Origin: Pseudomonadota bacterium
GTDB taxonomy: Bacteria > Myxococcota > JACRCW01 > JAFGSX01
DNA: 64,000 bases
Direction of reading: 5' to 3'
Assembly: GCA_043821645.1 (NCBI GenBank)
Contig: JBDRCO010000001.1
Span: forward strand, 27,290 to 91,289
The notes under the pieces were generated by a model that saw only the letters and a program-made list of their open reading frames with translations, did not search any database and was not told the origin of the DNA. Within the stretch, counting starts at the first letter, position 1. Every line of letters begins with the position of its first letter. This document shows positions 1 to 12,800 of the stretch, piece after piece. Made by a program: the position numbers and the translations under genes.

Positions 1-2790
1 GCCATCCGTGGTCCCCGCGTCAAGGCAGCTCGGCAGCGCGATGTGCTCGCAGCTCGAGCCCGTGGCCAGGCACAGATCCGCGGTGCAGGGATCGGAGTCA
101 TCGCAGTCGACCGCGCTGCTGCCGCAGCAGCTCCCGGGATCGCAGGCGCTGCTGTTGCTGCACACCACGATGGCGCCCTGGCAGGTGGCCTGGTCGTCGC
201 AGTGGTCCGGGCCGCTGCAGGGGTTGCCATCGTCGCAGTCGCTGCCACTGGCCAAGGCGGTGCCGACGCAAGTGCCCGCGGCGCAGGTGTCGTCCGCAGT
301 GCAGGGATTGCCATCGTCACAGCTGCCCGCCGCAGGCACGTGGTCGCAGCCGGTGGCCGGCGCGCAGCTGTCGGTGGTGCAGACATTGCTGTCGTCGCAG
401 CTCAGGGTCTGGCCCACGCAGGCGCCCGCACCGTCGCACTGATCGTTGTCGGTGCAGGCGTTGGCATCGTCGCAGCCCTGGCCTGCGCCGACCAGGGCGG
501 CACCGACGCAGCTCCCGGCGGCGCACTGGTCGCCGCTGGTGCAGTCGTTGCCGTCGTCACAGCTGGCGGCGTTGGGAACATACTGGCAACCCTGGGCGGG
601 ATCGCAGCTGTCGTCGGTGCACAGGTTGCTGTCGTCGCAGGTCAGCGCCTGGCCCACGCAGGCGCCAGCGCCGTTGCATTGATCGTCGACCGTGCAGGCC
701 GTGCCGTCGTCGCAGGGCAGGGTGTTGAAGCTGTGCTGGCAGCCCAGACCAGGATCGCAGCTGTCATTGGTGCAGACGTTGGCGTCGTCACAGGTGTTGG
801 GGGCCCCGGCCACGCAGACACCCGCCTGGCAGCTGTCGCCGGTCGTGCAGGGATTGCCGTCGTCGCAAGGCCCGTCCTCGGGCACGTTGACGCAGCCGCC
901 CACCTCGCTCTGCACCAGGAAGGGCACACTGCGGGTGCTTCGATTGCCCAGCCAGTCCACGGCCTCGAGCTCGAGCACATAGGCGCCTAGCGCCCAGCTG
1001 CTCAGGTCCAGGGCCTGACCATTGCTGACCGGGATGGGTGTGCCCCCGCCAGCGGGAACGACGCGCGCGGTGACCTGGGGATCCCCGTCGAGATCCGAGG
1101 TGGTCCAGCCCACCACGGGGCTCTCGGTGGTGAGGTAGCTGCGCCCCGCCTCGAGTCCGCTGACGCTGATCGCGGGCGCCGTGCCGTCGACCACCACGGT
1201 GACGCTCTGCACGGTCTCGGTGTTTCCCTTGCGATCCACGCTGTAGAACTCGAGCAGGTGTGCACCCTCGACCTGGAAGTAGAAGGGGCCGTTGGGTAGC
1301 CAGTCCCCGCCGTCCTTGCGGTACTCGCTCGTGGCGACGCCGCTCAGATCGTCCGTCGCCACCAGGCGCAGGATGGTGGTGGGCGACACGTGCAGGGGGC
1401 TCCCCGAGACATAGGGTCCCAGGAACTCGAGGCCCGTCTGCGGTGGCACCTGGTCGAACTCGCTCATGTCGTAGGTGACCAGCCAGCTTTCGCTGCGCGG
1501 ACCCGCGGTGGCGTAATCGGCGATGGCGAGCAGCGGGTTCGGGACGCTGGCGTCGTCCTCGTCGAGCCAGCTGTTGCGCCAGTGCAGCACCTTGCCGTCG
1601 CTGAGGCGCACCACGCGCAGGATGGGCAGGGCCCCCAGCGCCGGGTCCGCCGCGGTGACGTGGCTCCAGCCGTACTCCACCGTGGCCGTCACCAGAGCCG
1701 TGGGATCGTCGAGGTCCGGCGCGCCCGTCGAGGAGCCGGCCGCCGGCAGGGCATCGATCTCGCCACACTGGGACTCGAAGATGCGCAGGGTGTCGCCCAC
1801 GTCGTCGCCGTCGGTGTCGACCAGTGCCAGCAGGTCGCTGATGCTGTCCTTGCCCGGCCTGTCGACTTGAATCTTGTGCACCAGCCAATGGCTGCGGGTG
1901 GCGCTGACCAGGCTGGTCTTGGCGCCACCCAGCTCCTCGCTGTGCTCGAAGCTGACGTCGAGCTCGACGAACTCGCCTTGCAGGCTGGTTGTCATGGCCC
2001 AGGAGCCCACACCGCAGCTGGCGGGCGCCAGGGTGCCGAAGGGGATGGCCATGGTGCGGGCGATGCTGTCGTCGTTGCGGAAGGTGCCGATGATGGCAAA
2101 ATCGATGAGCAGGCCCCAGCGGTTCTCGACGATGCGCGGCTGTCCCGACACGATGCGCAGGTTGCGGGCCTCGCCGTAGCCGATGTTGGCGACGCGCACC
2201 GCCAGGTCGAAGGGCACGCTGGGCTCGACCACGGTGTCGGTCCAGGGGTCGTCGCCCTTGACCTTGCGCGGCAAAAAGTAGTCCAGCACCAGCTCGGGCT
2301 GGGGCTTGACCGTGATGATCTCCTCGTAGGTCTCGATGTTGGCAGCGATGCCCTGCACGCTGTAGTCGATGACCGCCTTCACCTTGTACTGCTGGCCCGC
2401 GGGCGAGGCCCCACCGGCGCCCAGGGTCGGGATCACCAGCCAGTTGATCTGGCCCTTCTGCTCGGGGGCGATGACGCCGGCGCCGGCGAGGCCGCCGCTG
2501 ACGTTGGACGTGCTCGCCGTGGTCAAGAAGAACAGGTCGTCGGCGCGGTTGCCGAGCATGTCGAAGAACTGCACCTCGACCGCCAGCTGTTCGAGGGGCG
2601 CGTCGAGCAGGTTGTTGGTGAGGCCCAGCGAGGCGTCAAAGGCATCGCGCTCGAAACTCAGGCGCTGCGGGATCACCAGCTTGACCCGCACGCACACGGC
2701 CTGCTCGGCGCGGCTAGTCGTGCTCACGGCCAGACCGGCCAGCAGGATCAGCGCCGGTGTCAGGGCGCGCGCCAGGTGTGTCGTCTTCAT
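1..2790 (-). CDS. Large secreted protein with an N-terminal conserved beta module, Ig-like domains and C-terminal Cys-rich CDDGNxCTxDxC (Dictyostelium CTDC-like) repeats; runs off the window edge (3' partial)
   Basis: Not in the ORF track because it has no stop in the window. Translated by hand from ATG at 2790, which overlaps the upstream TGA (ATGA): MKTTHLARALTPALILLAGLAVSTTSRA (signal peptide), then EQAVCVRVKLVIPQRLSFERDAFDASL...KGDDPWTDTVVEPSVPFDLAVRVANIGYG...SGQPRIVENRWGLLIDF. Many CDDxNxCT repeats below ~890. Confidence 0.85.
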   Translation of the reverse strand, partial: MKTTHLARALTPALILLAGLAVSTTSRAEQAVCVRVKLVIPQRLSFERDAFDASLGLTNNLLDAPLEQLAVEVQFFDMLGNRADDLFFLTTASTSNVSGGLAGAGVIAPEQKGQINWLVIPTLGAGGASPAGQQYKVKAVIDYSVQGIAANIETYEEIITVKPQPELVLDYFLPRKVKGDDPWTDTVVEPSVPFDLAVRVANIGYGEARNLRIVSGQPRIVENRWGLLIDFAIIGTFRNDDSIARTMAIPFGTLAPASCGVGSWAMTTSLQGEFVELDVSFEHSEELGGAKTSLVSATRSHWLVHKIQVDRPGKDSISDLLALVDTDGDDVGDTLRIFESQCGEIDALPAAGSSTGAPDLDDPTALVTATVEYGWSHVTAADPALGALPILRVVRLSDGKVLHWRNSWLDEDDASVPNPLLAIADYATAGPRSESWLVTYDMSEFDQVPPQTGLEFLGPYVSGSPLHVSPTTILRLVATDDLSGVATSEYRKDGGDWLPNGPFYFQVEGAHLLEFYSVDRKGNTETVQSVTVVVDGTAPAISVSGLEAGRSYLTTESPVVGWTTSDLDGDPQVTARVVPAGGGTPIPVSNGQALDLSSWALGAYVLELEAVDWLGNRSTRSVPFLVQSEVGGCVNVPEDGPCDDGNPCTTGDSCQAGVCVAGAPNTCDDANVCTNDSCDPGLGCQHSFNTLPCDDGTACTVDDQCNGAGACVGQALTCDDSNLCTDDSCDPAQGCQYVPNAASCDDGNDCTSGDQCAAGSCVGAALVGAGQGCDDANACTDNDQCDGAGACVGQTLSCDDSNVCTTDSCAPATGCDHVPAAGSCDDGNPCTADDTCAAGTCVGTALASGSDCDDGNPCSGPDHCDDQATCQGAIVVCSNSSACDPGSCCGSSAVDCDDSDPCTADLCLATGSSCEHIALPSCLDAGTTDG

Positions 2791-3863
2791 CGTGCACCTC
2801 GCTGTCCGTCGGCTGTCCCGGTCCCTGCACGCTCCAGGCGTTGCCCGTCCTGCACCCAGGCCCGGACACCGCCGTCGAGGTAGCGCACATTGCGGCCCAG
2901 GGTCTCGGCCAGACGGCGAGCCGCCAGGGCTGCGGCCACGTCGTCGGCGCCGTACACCACCAGGTCCTGCCCCAGCTCCGGCCCTGCGCCGGAGAGTTCC
3001 GAGGCGGGCAGGTTGCGGGCGCCAGGCAGATGACCCGCGGCGTAGGCCACGGGCGCTCGCAGATCGAGCAGGGCCAGGGCCGGCTGGCCCCGAGCCAGGG
3101 CCAGGGCCAGGGCATCGGCGTGGATCAATCCCACGCCGCCCTCGCTGCTGCCGCTGCGCACCCAGGGCAAACCGTGCTGCTTCCACAGCGCGAAGCCTCC
3201 GCCCAGGATGCTGATCCGGGCGTAGCCCCGTTCGACCAGCGCGATCGCGGCCTGGGCAGCGGCCCCGGCCTCGCGATCGTCGCTGTACAGCACCACGTCC
3301 ACGTCGTCGCGCAACCGCCTGTAGCCCAGTGACGCGGCCGGAGCGGACAGGGCGCCGGTGATGTGGCCCTCGGCAAAAGCCCGGTGTGAGCGCACGTCGA
3401 CCAGCTGCACGTTTTCGCCCCTGGCCAGGCGCGCTTGCAGCACCTCGGGTTCGTGCGCGGTCACCTGAGCCGGCAAGGCGGTCGCATCCTGCCGTCGGGA
3501 GGCTGCGGCGGCCTGTACCGCCTCGCTTCCCTGGCGCTCGATCTCCTCGCGGGCGGCGCGCTGCGTGCGCAGGTGCTCCTGGCCGCGTTGCGTGGCCGTC
3601 CGAGATAGCGTGGCGGCCTGGGCCTGGGCCTCGCGAGCGAGGGCAAGGCCTCGCGCCAAGAACTGCGACCTTTCGCTGTCCTGGCTCGCCTGGGCCCGGG
3701 TCATGGTTTCCCGGGCAGCGGCCAGCTGCACCGGAGCGTAGATGGCGGCACCGCTGGCCTCGGCCTGGGCGATGGCGCGCTGCACGGTGAGCTCCGAGGG
3801 CTGGCAGGCCCCCAGCACCAGCAGCGTCACGGCGACAAGCGTCCTGTGCATGAGGGCCCTCAT
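2787..3863 (-). CDS. Lipoprotein with a DUF4398-like helical region and two rhodanese-fold domains lacking the catalytic Cys
   Basis: Probable start ATG 3863 overlaps the giant gene's stop (ATGA). Lipobox LLVLGAC. Rhodanese motifs LVDVRS..FAEGHITGA, LGGGFALW and LLDLRAP..YAAGHLPGA, LDGGVRAW. Confidence 0.8.
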   Translation of the reverse strand: MRALMHRTLVAVTLLVLGACQPSELTVQRAIAQAEASGAAIYAPVQLAAARETMTRAQASQDSERSQFLARGLALAREAQAQAATLSRTATQRGQEHLRTQRAAREEIERQGSEAVQAAAASRRQDATALPAQVTAHEPEVLQARLARGENVQLVDVRSHRAFAEGHITGALSAPAASLGYRRLRDDVDVVLYSDDREAGAAAQAAIALVERGYARISILGGGFALWKQHGLPWVRSGSSEGGVGLIHADALALALARGQPALALLDLRAPVAYAAGHLPGARNLPASELSGAGPELGQDLVVYGADDVAAALAARRLAETLGRNVRYLDGGVRAWVQDGQRLERAGTGTADGQRGAR

Positions 3864-6800
3864 CGCTCGCACGCTCCAGGTGCCGAGCTGCCACCGCCAC
3901 CACCTCCACCGCCGCCGCCACCACCGCCACCGCCAAAGCCGCCGCCGCCGCCACCACCTCCACCGCCAGACTGGCTGATGCTGATGACACTGGGCGTGCA
4001 GATGGCCGTGACGTCGACATAGGTCGAGCACACAGGGCAGCACTGGGCCTCGCCGGCCTCGCAGCCAACCTTGACCTCGAAGCACATGGTGCCGCCGCCA
4101 AAGGACGAGGACTGCTCGGGAATGTCGGCACTGGCGGAGCCACCGACGGGGAGGCAGGTCTTGTCGAACTTGGTGTAGGCCTTGGTAAAGCTCAGGGCGC
4201 CGCCGGTGAACTTCTCGAGCACCTGGTTGAGAATCACGTCGGCCGCCTCTTCGCCGAGGCGCTCCACAACGTTGTTGATGTTGTCGGCCAGACCGTCGCC
4301 CTCGCAGATGCCCTGCTCGACCAGGTCTATTGCCTGACCGATGTTACCGGCCGCCTCCTCGGCGCTGCTCTTCAGATCGTCGAGCTTGTCCTTGGCAGCC
4401 TTGACGTCGCCCCAGTCGGCTCCGAAAGCAGCCTGGCCCATGGCGTCGGTGACCTGGTCCCAGGATGGCACACCCAGCTTGCCAAGCAGCTTGTCGAGCT
4501 TGCCCACGGCGGCCTCCTTGAGCTTGTCGACCAGGCCACCCAGGGTGGGCAAGCCTATGCCCGCGGTCATCACTCGGCCGCACTTGCACAGGCCCACGTC
4601 GCCGCTCTCGCGCGAGCGCACGGTGTAGGCTGGTGGCGTCACACCCTCGCCGTTCTCGAAGCCTGGGCAGTTGTAAAAGGTCTGGCGCACCACCGGATTC
4701 GGCTCGACGCTGACCTTGGCCGTGTGACTGCGCACGTCGCCGGTGAACGAGTAGGTGGGACGCCGCTCCCAGGTGCCTGCCGTCGAGCAGTACCACTTCC
4801 ACTCGAAGTGACCGCTGAACAAGAACTCGGTACAGGGCGTTGGAGGCGGTGAGCCGTGGGTCTTGAGGTAGACGGTGAAAGGGATCACCAGGCGGCTGCG
4901 AGCCGGGAGCTCGGGGATGCGGGTGAAGGCAAACTGCACGTCCAGGTAGTGGTCCTGGACGAAGCCTGCCAGCTCGACGTCCCAGGCCGAGACCAGGCCC
5001 ATGTTGATCAGCTCGAGCTGCCCGTTCTTGGTCTCGCCAGGCACCATGTCGAAGTTCTGCAGCGCCGGCACGATCTCGATGACAGGCACCGGCACCTGGG
5101 TCTCGAAGGTGGTCTCGATGAGCACGTCGTACTGGTCCTCGACCGAGGTCGGCGTCACCGACCACTCGACGTCGACCACGCTCTCCATCAGCGCGATCTC
5201 GAGGTAGGCCGTCTGGTCCGCCTCGACCAGCAGCAGGCCGCTGTCGGCGTCGGCGCCGTCGACCCCGGCCACCCGGAAGCCGGCCTTCTGCACCCGGTAG
5301 CTGTAGCGACCGCCGGGAATGTCGACGAAGTGCACCAGCCCGTCCGAGGCGCTGATCTGCACGAAGGGCCCGATGAGCGTGGGCAGCTCCTGGTTGATGA
5401 GGGTGACCTGGGTGCCCTCGACCGGCCGCCCAGGATCGACCTCGGCATACAGGAAGTTGGTGATCTTGACGTCGGCACTGCCCACGGCGTTGGTGGTCAC
5501 CTTGACCGACATGTTGAAAGGCACGTCCTGGAAGTTGTGGCTGGTCAGGGTCAGCGCCGCGTTGACCACGCCGCTGGGCTGGTCATCTGGCGGCAGCAGC
5601 AGGATGTCGAAGCTGGTGGCGTCACCTGGCGCCAGGGTGCCAAGGTCCAGCCCGGTGGGCACCAGCACCCAGGGCACGCTGGCAGGGCGCACGATCTGCA
5701 CGTTCTCCCAGGCGTCGTAGCCCACGTTGCGCACCTGCACAGTGCGCGTGAGGCTCCCCCCGGCGAGCATGCTCAGGTCGAGGTAGCGCGGCGCGATGAG
5801 CGGGGCCGGGCTGGCCGCGAACAGGTCCACCTCGAGCCGGGACAGGCGGGTCGCGCCCTGGTCGTTGGTCAGATTGAGCTCGAAGCTGGCCTGGTCGGCC
5901 GCGATGAGCTCGGCGCTCACGCGCACGCCCAGGGACACACTCTGGCGCGGAGCCAGCTGCCCGGGCAAGGCCCCCTCGAGCACCGCGGTCACGCCGTCGC
6001 CGCTGTCCGCGTCGGCAATGGCCAGGTTGAGACCCGTGATCGCGGTCTCGCCGGTGTTGCGCAGCACGAAGCCCACCACGTAGCTCGTGTTCTTGCTCAG
6101 GCGCAGCGCAAAGCGCCCCGGGGTCAGCTCGAGGCCGTGCACCACGAAGGTGGCGTCTTCCTCGTCGACCACCACCGCCGGGTGCGTGGCGCCGACGCTG
6201 AACTGCCCGGCCTGGGTGTAGCCCGGGAAGAAGGGATAGGTGTACAGGCCGCTGCTGTCGGTGCGCGCGTAGTACACCTGCTTGAAGCCGCCGTTGCGCA
6301 GGCTGATCTTGACCACGACGCTGGCCGCGGGGTTGCCGGTGGCGGTCTCGGTGGCCACGCCGCTGATGAGCACCAGCTCGCCCTGGTTGTACTCGGCCTT
6401 GTCCGTGGTCGCGGTGACCAGGTAGGGCGGAGGCACCACGTTGACGCCGGTGCTCTTGACGAAGCCCGGCTGGTGCTGGGCATCGGCCTGGCCCCAGGCG
6501 TGGTGGATCTGCAGTGCCTCGACCTCGAGCAAGATGTTGTCCGGTGTGTCGTTGGGGATGACGAGCTGCGACGGCGCGAAGGTCACCGCGGCGCCCGGCG
6601 CCAGGGTCACGATACGGGTGCCACCCGGCTGCACCTGGCCGATGAGCTGGTCGTCGACCCAGGCCGACACCAGGACGCTGAGATCGGGGTGGCGGAAGCG
6701 CACCTGCAGCTCGTCCGACGGGTTGCTGCCGCGCTGGCTGACCAGCTGCAGGTTGGCCGAGCCCCGGTTGGTGAGCTTGAGGTGGACCTCGGCCTGGGTG

Positions 6801-9800
6801 CCGCGCATCAGGCTCTCGTGCACAGCCTCGATGGTGGCGCCGGCCGGCGCTCGCGACGACAGCTCGAAGCGGGTGCGGTACACGGCGCTGGCCCAGGCTG
6901 TCCCGGGCAGGGGCAGCACCAGCTCGAGTTGGTTGCCCTCGTCGACCAGCTCGGGGTGGCTGTACACCACCTCGGTGGTCGCGCTGGCGTCCAGGGCCGG
7001 CACGGTGATGGTCTGGGTGCTCTCGCGCCGCCACCACTCGGTGTCCTCGGAGTCGAACAGGCTGAGCTCTGCGGGCCCGAAGTCCTGTTCGGCGAGGTCG
7101 TCGTTGGCGATCTGCAGCAGCACCTGGTCGAAGGTGCCGCGGGTGAGCTGCGGCGAGCCCAGGGCGTCGGCCTTGCCGTAGTCCGCCAGGGTCACCACGA
7201 AGGGATACAGCACCAGGCTGCGCGCCAGGCCCTCCTGACCCGCGGCGTCGAGGGTGTGGATGTCCAGCTGCACCCGGTATGGCGCCCGGGCGGGCTCCCC
7301 GACGACGGTCTGCAGACCGGTGCCGGTATAGACCTCGACGCCATCGCGCAGCACCCTGAAGCTCGCCGCGTCCAGCTCCTCGGCCGCGGGCCAGCTCAGG
7401 GTCACCTGGCTGTCCGTGACCTCGGCATGCGCCCAGGCCACGGGCCCTGGCGGAAGGTCGACCACGAAGTTCACGGTGGCGGTGGCTTCGTTGCCCGCGA
7501 GGTCGCGGGCGGTGGCCTGCACGGTCCAGTTGCCGTCGACGGTGATGGGCGTGCCCGCCACGTAGGGCTGGCCGCCCAGGATCATCACCACCTCGAACAG
7601 GTGGTCGTCGGTGGCCACGGCCGTGGGCGCCGGCGGCGAGGTGTAGCGCTGGCCCTCGCTGACGCCGTTGATGCTCACCACGGGCGCCGTCAGGTCGATG
7701 GTGAAATCCACGGATCGCTGCGAAGTGTGGCCACCAAGGTCCACCGCGTCGACGACGAGGCTGTGGCTGCCCTCGGCGCTGACGACGGTGCCCGAGGTGA
7801 AGGCCGCGCCGTCCAGGGCCGCCGACCAGGTGTCCAGGGTGATGTCGGTGACCGTGATGACGGGGGTCAGGCTGGCGTTGCTGTGCTGGCCGTGGACCAC
7901 GCCGCTGACCTCGATGACGGGGCCGTCGCGGTCGAACAGGGTCTGCGCCTCGTTGGACGGAGCGCTCACCAGGCCCACCGCATCCCGCGCCACCACCACG
8001 TAGTAGTAGCTGCCGTCCGAGGGCGGCAGGTCCAGGGTCGAGGTGGTCGCGAGGTCCGTGACCACTGGCGTGTGGCCAGCGACGCTGCCCCCAAAGCTGG
8101 CGTCGAGGCGGAACAGGTCGTAGCTCGCCGCGGCCTCGCCTGCCGGTGCGGTCCAACTCAGCTGCACCTGCGCGCTGATCACCGTCGCCGTCAGACCCGT
8201 GGGGGCACCTGGGGGCGTCTGGTCCGAAAAGGCGCTGGCGCTGGGCGAGGGGCCGCTCCTGTTGCCCGCCGCATCCATGGCCACCACGGCGTAGAACCAG
8301 TCCCCCTCGGTGGGGGGCAGGTCGCTGTGAGTGCGCTGCTGCAGCCCGGTGACGACGGGGGTCAGCCCGACCACGCTGGTGATGGCGGTATCCGAGCGGT
8401 ACAGGTCGTAGCCTGCGGCGGGCTCGCTGGTAGGGGCGGGCCAGCCCACATCGATGGCGCCCTGGGTGCCCGCGACCACGGAGATGCTGGCCGGTGCATC
8501 CGGTGCCTGGGTGTCGATGGTCAGCGTGTCGCCCGCGGTGATGGTCGTTCCGGTGTTGCCCGCCGCGTCCGTCATGGACAGCGCGAACAGGCCATCGCCG
8601 TCGCCGGTGGTGCCGGTGACGAGCAGGCTCGCGGTCCAGATCTCGTCGCTGCCGGTCGCGGTGAGGGCGATGGCGGAGCCTCCCAGCGGCGTGAGGTTGA
8701 GGTCGGGCGCGCTGCCTAGGGCCTCGCTGGCGGTGACCATGATCTGCACGTTGCCGGCCTTGACCGGGGTGGCAGGGGCGGTGGCAATGGAGGCCGTGGG
8801 GCGCTTGCCGTCGACGGCCAGACTGGCGCCCGAGCTCAGGGTGGTGCCGACGTTGCCCAGCACGTCCTCGCCACTGAAGGCGAAGGCCGAGCTGCCCGTG
8901 GCCATGCCATCGCTGACCAGGATGCTGCCGGTGTAGATCTTGTCGTCGCCGACGTCCTGGATCAGGGCCAGGCTCTGGGCGCTGCCCTGGGGCGGTGTCC
9001 AGGACAGGATGGGCAGGGCGCCCAGGCTCTCGCTGGCGGTCAGGGTCACCTGCCAGGTGCCTATGCCGCGGGTGCCGCTGCCCTCGACCGAGACGGCGGC
9101 GGTGGGCGGTCCGGCGTCGGCCAGGGCGCTGACCTCCGCCGCTGGCAGGCTCTGCTTGTTGACCACGTCGAGCCAGACCACGGTGTACCAGAAGATGCCG
9201 TCGCTGCCCGGGACGTCCTCGTGGGTGAGCTCGGTGACCGTGGCCACCGGCGTGGCGGTACCGACATCGATGCCGGCGCTGCTCGCGCGAAAAATCTGAT
9301 AGTCCTGCGGACTGCCGCTGGCCGGGGGCGCCCAGGTCAGGACCACGCGACCACCGGTGAGGGAGCTGGCTGCCAGGTTCTGCACCGGACCCGCGGCCGG
9401 GCTGGCGGTGGGGGTGGCGCTGGCCTGCACCGAGTTGCCGCTGAACAGGCCTTCGCTGTCCAGGGCGCGCACCACGTAGAAGTAGGGTTGATCATTGGTC
9501 AGGAACAGGTCCAGGGCGCTCGTGCCCACGATGCCACTGGCCACGTCGGTGTACGGACCGCCGCTCGTGGTCGAGCGCGCGATGGTGTAGCTGGTGACAT
9601 CGCAGCTGGCGCTCGTCGCCCAGCTCAAGCTCACGTACTGGTCGTGAGCCGTCGCGGTCAGGCTCGCGGGTGCGGCCGGGTTGCCGGTCAGGTGCGTGCG
9701 CACGGCCTCGACGTTGCTCGGCAGCCCCAGGTTCCCTGCGAGATCGTAAGGGCTGACCTCGAACAGGTAGTCGGTGCAGGCGGTGAGGCCTGTGACCCGG

Positions 9801-12800
9801 TGGGCGGCTCCTGATACCAGCTCGGGCGCCTGCGGCACGCCGCCGACGGAGCGGTGCACCTCGTAGCCCGTGGTGTCGACGGAGCTGCTGGCGGTCCAGC
9901 TCAGGTCCACGGTGGTCTCGGCAACCGCGTCCACGCTGAGCACCACGGGCGCCGGCGCCGTGGTGTCGGCCCTGAACTGCACGGTCTTGAGGGCGACCTG
10001 CGGCGTCCCGTCGACCACGCTGCTGGCGGTGACGAACTGCGGCGTGGTGGTAGACAGCAGCACCTGGGTGTAGGTGCCGTCGCCCACGTCGAGGACGCTG
10101 CCCTGCAAGGTGCCGCCGGTGACCTGGATGACCACGCTGTGGCCGGCGCCGGCCTTGTTGCCGAAGCCGTCGCGCGGGGTCACGGTGATGGTGCTGCTGG
10201 TGAAGCCATTGGCCTCGATGGACAGGGGCGAGGCGGTGATCTCGGTGCGGCCGGCGTTGACCGCGGCCGGCTGCACGTCGAGCACGACCTGGCCGCGCAT
10301 GAGGTAGTTCTCGCCGCTCACCGCGCGCAGGGTCTGCTGTCCGGCCGTGCGCAGGGTCACCGCCTGCACGAAGCTGTGTACCCCGAGATCTGCGCCGGAA
10401 TAGGTGTACATGGGGGGCAAGGTCGCGGTGCCGTCCGACGACGAGAACAGCGCCGTGCCGGCGTAGGTGGTCAGGGTCGCGTCGAAGGGGTCCTGGGCCG
10501 TGACCGTGACGTCGAAGGGCACACCGGCCACGGGCGCGGCGGTGCCCGGCACCAGCGCGAAGTGCGGCAACTCCTCGAGCTTGACCTGCACGTTGTTGGC
10601 GTTGACGTAGACGTACAGCCCGCCCAGGCCGCCCAGGTCCATGCCCTCGAGGTTGGCGAAGTCGCCGGAGCAACCGGCGCTACAGGTCATGATGGTCCAG
10701 GTGTCGCCGACGCTGGGTGTGTAGCCGTCGCCCAGGGTCACGGCGAGAGTGCCGGCCACCGTGCTGGCGCCGGTGACCGCCAGGCGATCGTACTGGCTGC
10801 CCACGGTCAGGCCCACCAGCTCCACCTCGAGGCGGCTGGTCGAGGACATGGGCGTGGCGCCGGTGATGGTCAGGGTGCCGGGTGAGGTGCCAGGGCGCAC
10901 GATGCCACTCTGGGCGAGGGCCACGGCCGAGCTGTCGATGGTGCCACGGCCAGTGAGCACCCCCCCCGCCAGGTTGGTGAAGCTGCTTCCGCTCAGCGTG
11001 GCAGTGGCCGTGTCCACCTGCAGCGTGCCGCTGTTCCGGTGCACCGCGCCGCTGCGACCGAGCGTGCAGTCCTGCTGGGTCACGATGCGCCCCTGGTTGT
11101 CGAGCGCGGCCACGACGTTGCGATGTGCGCCGCCTCCCGAGATCTGGAGCGTGCCCGCGTTGACCAGACCGGGGTCGGGCACGGTCAAGGTGACCCCGTA
11201 CCAGCCGTGGTTGGTGCCGAGTTGCAGCAGGCCGCCGTTGACGAAACCTGCCGGGGCCGAGATCGCGGCGTGCTGGACGCTGCCGTTTCCGTAGAGGTAG
11301 ACGCTCTGCGCAGCGGAGACCGCGCCTTCGAGCGCGCCACTGCCATTGAGCATAAAGGCAGATGGAGCAGGGCTCAGAAGACTGAGGTCCGAGTGGATCA
11401 GCCGCGGCATCCCGCGCAGGTTACTGACGTCCGGCGTGCCGGTGATCTGGCCACCGCGGAGAAGGAAGTGGCCGTTGCTGTAGTCGAAGATGGCTGTTCC
11501 TTCGAAATCGAGGCTGCCCGCCTGCTGCTCGAAGGTCGTGCCCGCGCCGTTGACCGTGAGTGTGATGCCACTGGCGATGGACCAGGTCCCGCTGTTCAGG
11601 TAGCTGGCGCCGGTCTTCGTCGACGTGGTGTTCGAATTCAGGTCGATCAGGCCACTGTTGGTGATGCTGCCGTGCAGACCCGCGTCGTTGTTGACCAGGA
11701 TCGAGCCGGAGTTGAGGATGCTGGCGTTGATGTTGCGATGCGCACCGCCGCCGCCGATCACCAGGCTGGCGCGGTTCTCCAGCGCGCCGCCGTTCACGGT
11801 CAGCGTGACCCCGTACCAGCCATGATTGGTCCCCAGTTGCAGCACGCCCTCGTTGACCAGTCCAGCGGGCACGGTCACCGCCGCATGCTGCACGCTGCCG
11901 TTGCCGTAGATGTACACGGCCTGGTCCAGCGAGATGTCTCCGATGAGCGTCCCGATGCCGTTGAGCACGAAGGCCGCATGGTTGGGGCTCTGGATGGCGA
12001 GGTCCGAGTGAATCAACCGCGCCATGCCACGCAGATTGGCGACATCGGGCGTCCCCGTGATCGCGCCACCGCTGAACACGAACTGGCCGTTGCTGTAGTT
12101 GAAGGTGGCTGTCCCCTCGAAGTCCAGGCTGCCCGCCTGCTGCTCGAAGGTCGTGTCCGCGCCGTTGACCGCGAGCGTGATGCCACTGGCGATGGACCAG
12201 GTTCCGCTGTTCAGGTAGCTGGCGCCGGTCTTCGTCGACGTGGTGTTCGAATTCAGGTCGATCAGGCCACTGTTGGTGATGCTGCCGTGCAGACCCGTGT
12301 CGTTGTTGACCTGGATCGAGCCGGAGTTGAGGATGCTGGCGTTGATGTTGCGATGCGCACCGCCGCCGCCGATCACCAGGCTGGCGCGGTTTTCCAGCGC
12401 TCCGCCGTTCACGGTCAGCGTGACCCCGTACCAACCATGATTGGTCCCCAGTTGCAGCATGCCCTCGTTGACCAGTCCGGCGGGCACGGTCACAGCCGCG
12501 TGCTGCACGCTGTCGTTGCCGTAGATATAGAGGGACTGGTTCGCGGAGATATTCCCGGCCAGCGTCGAAGCACCATTGATCACGAAGGCCGCCGCGTTGG
12601 GGCTCTGGATCGTGAGGTCAGAGTGGATCAGCCGCGGCATGCCCCTGAGGTTGGCGGCGTCCGGCGTACCGCTGAGCACACCCCCGCTGAACCGGAAGTG
12701 GCCATTGCTGTAGTCCAGACGTGCCGTGCCTTCGAACTCGAGGCGACCGCCGGCCTGCGAGAATTCGGTACCGCTGCCGTTGATGGTGAGGACCACGCCA

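Noticed and set aside
3890-3965. (CCG/CCA)n tract as a phase-variation repeat
   Set aside because: It is an in-frame triplet repeat with mixed Gly codons, so slippage would not shift the frame.
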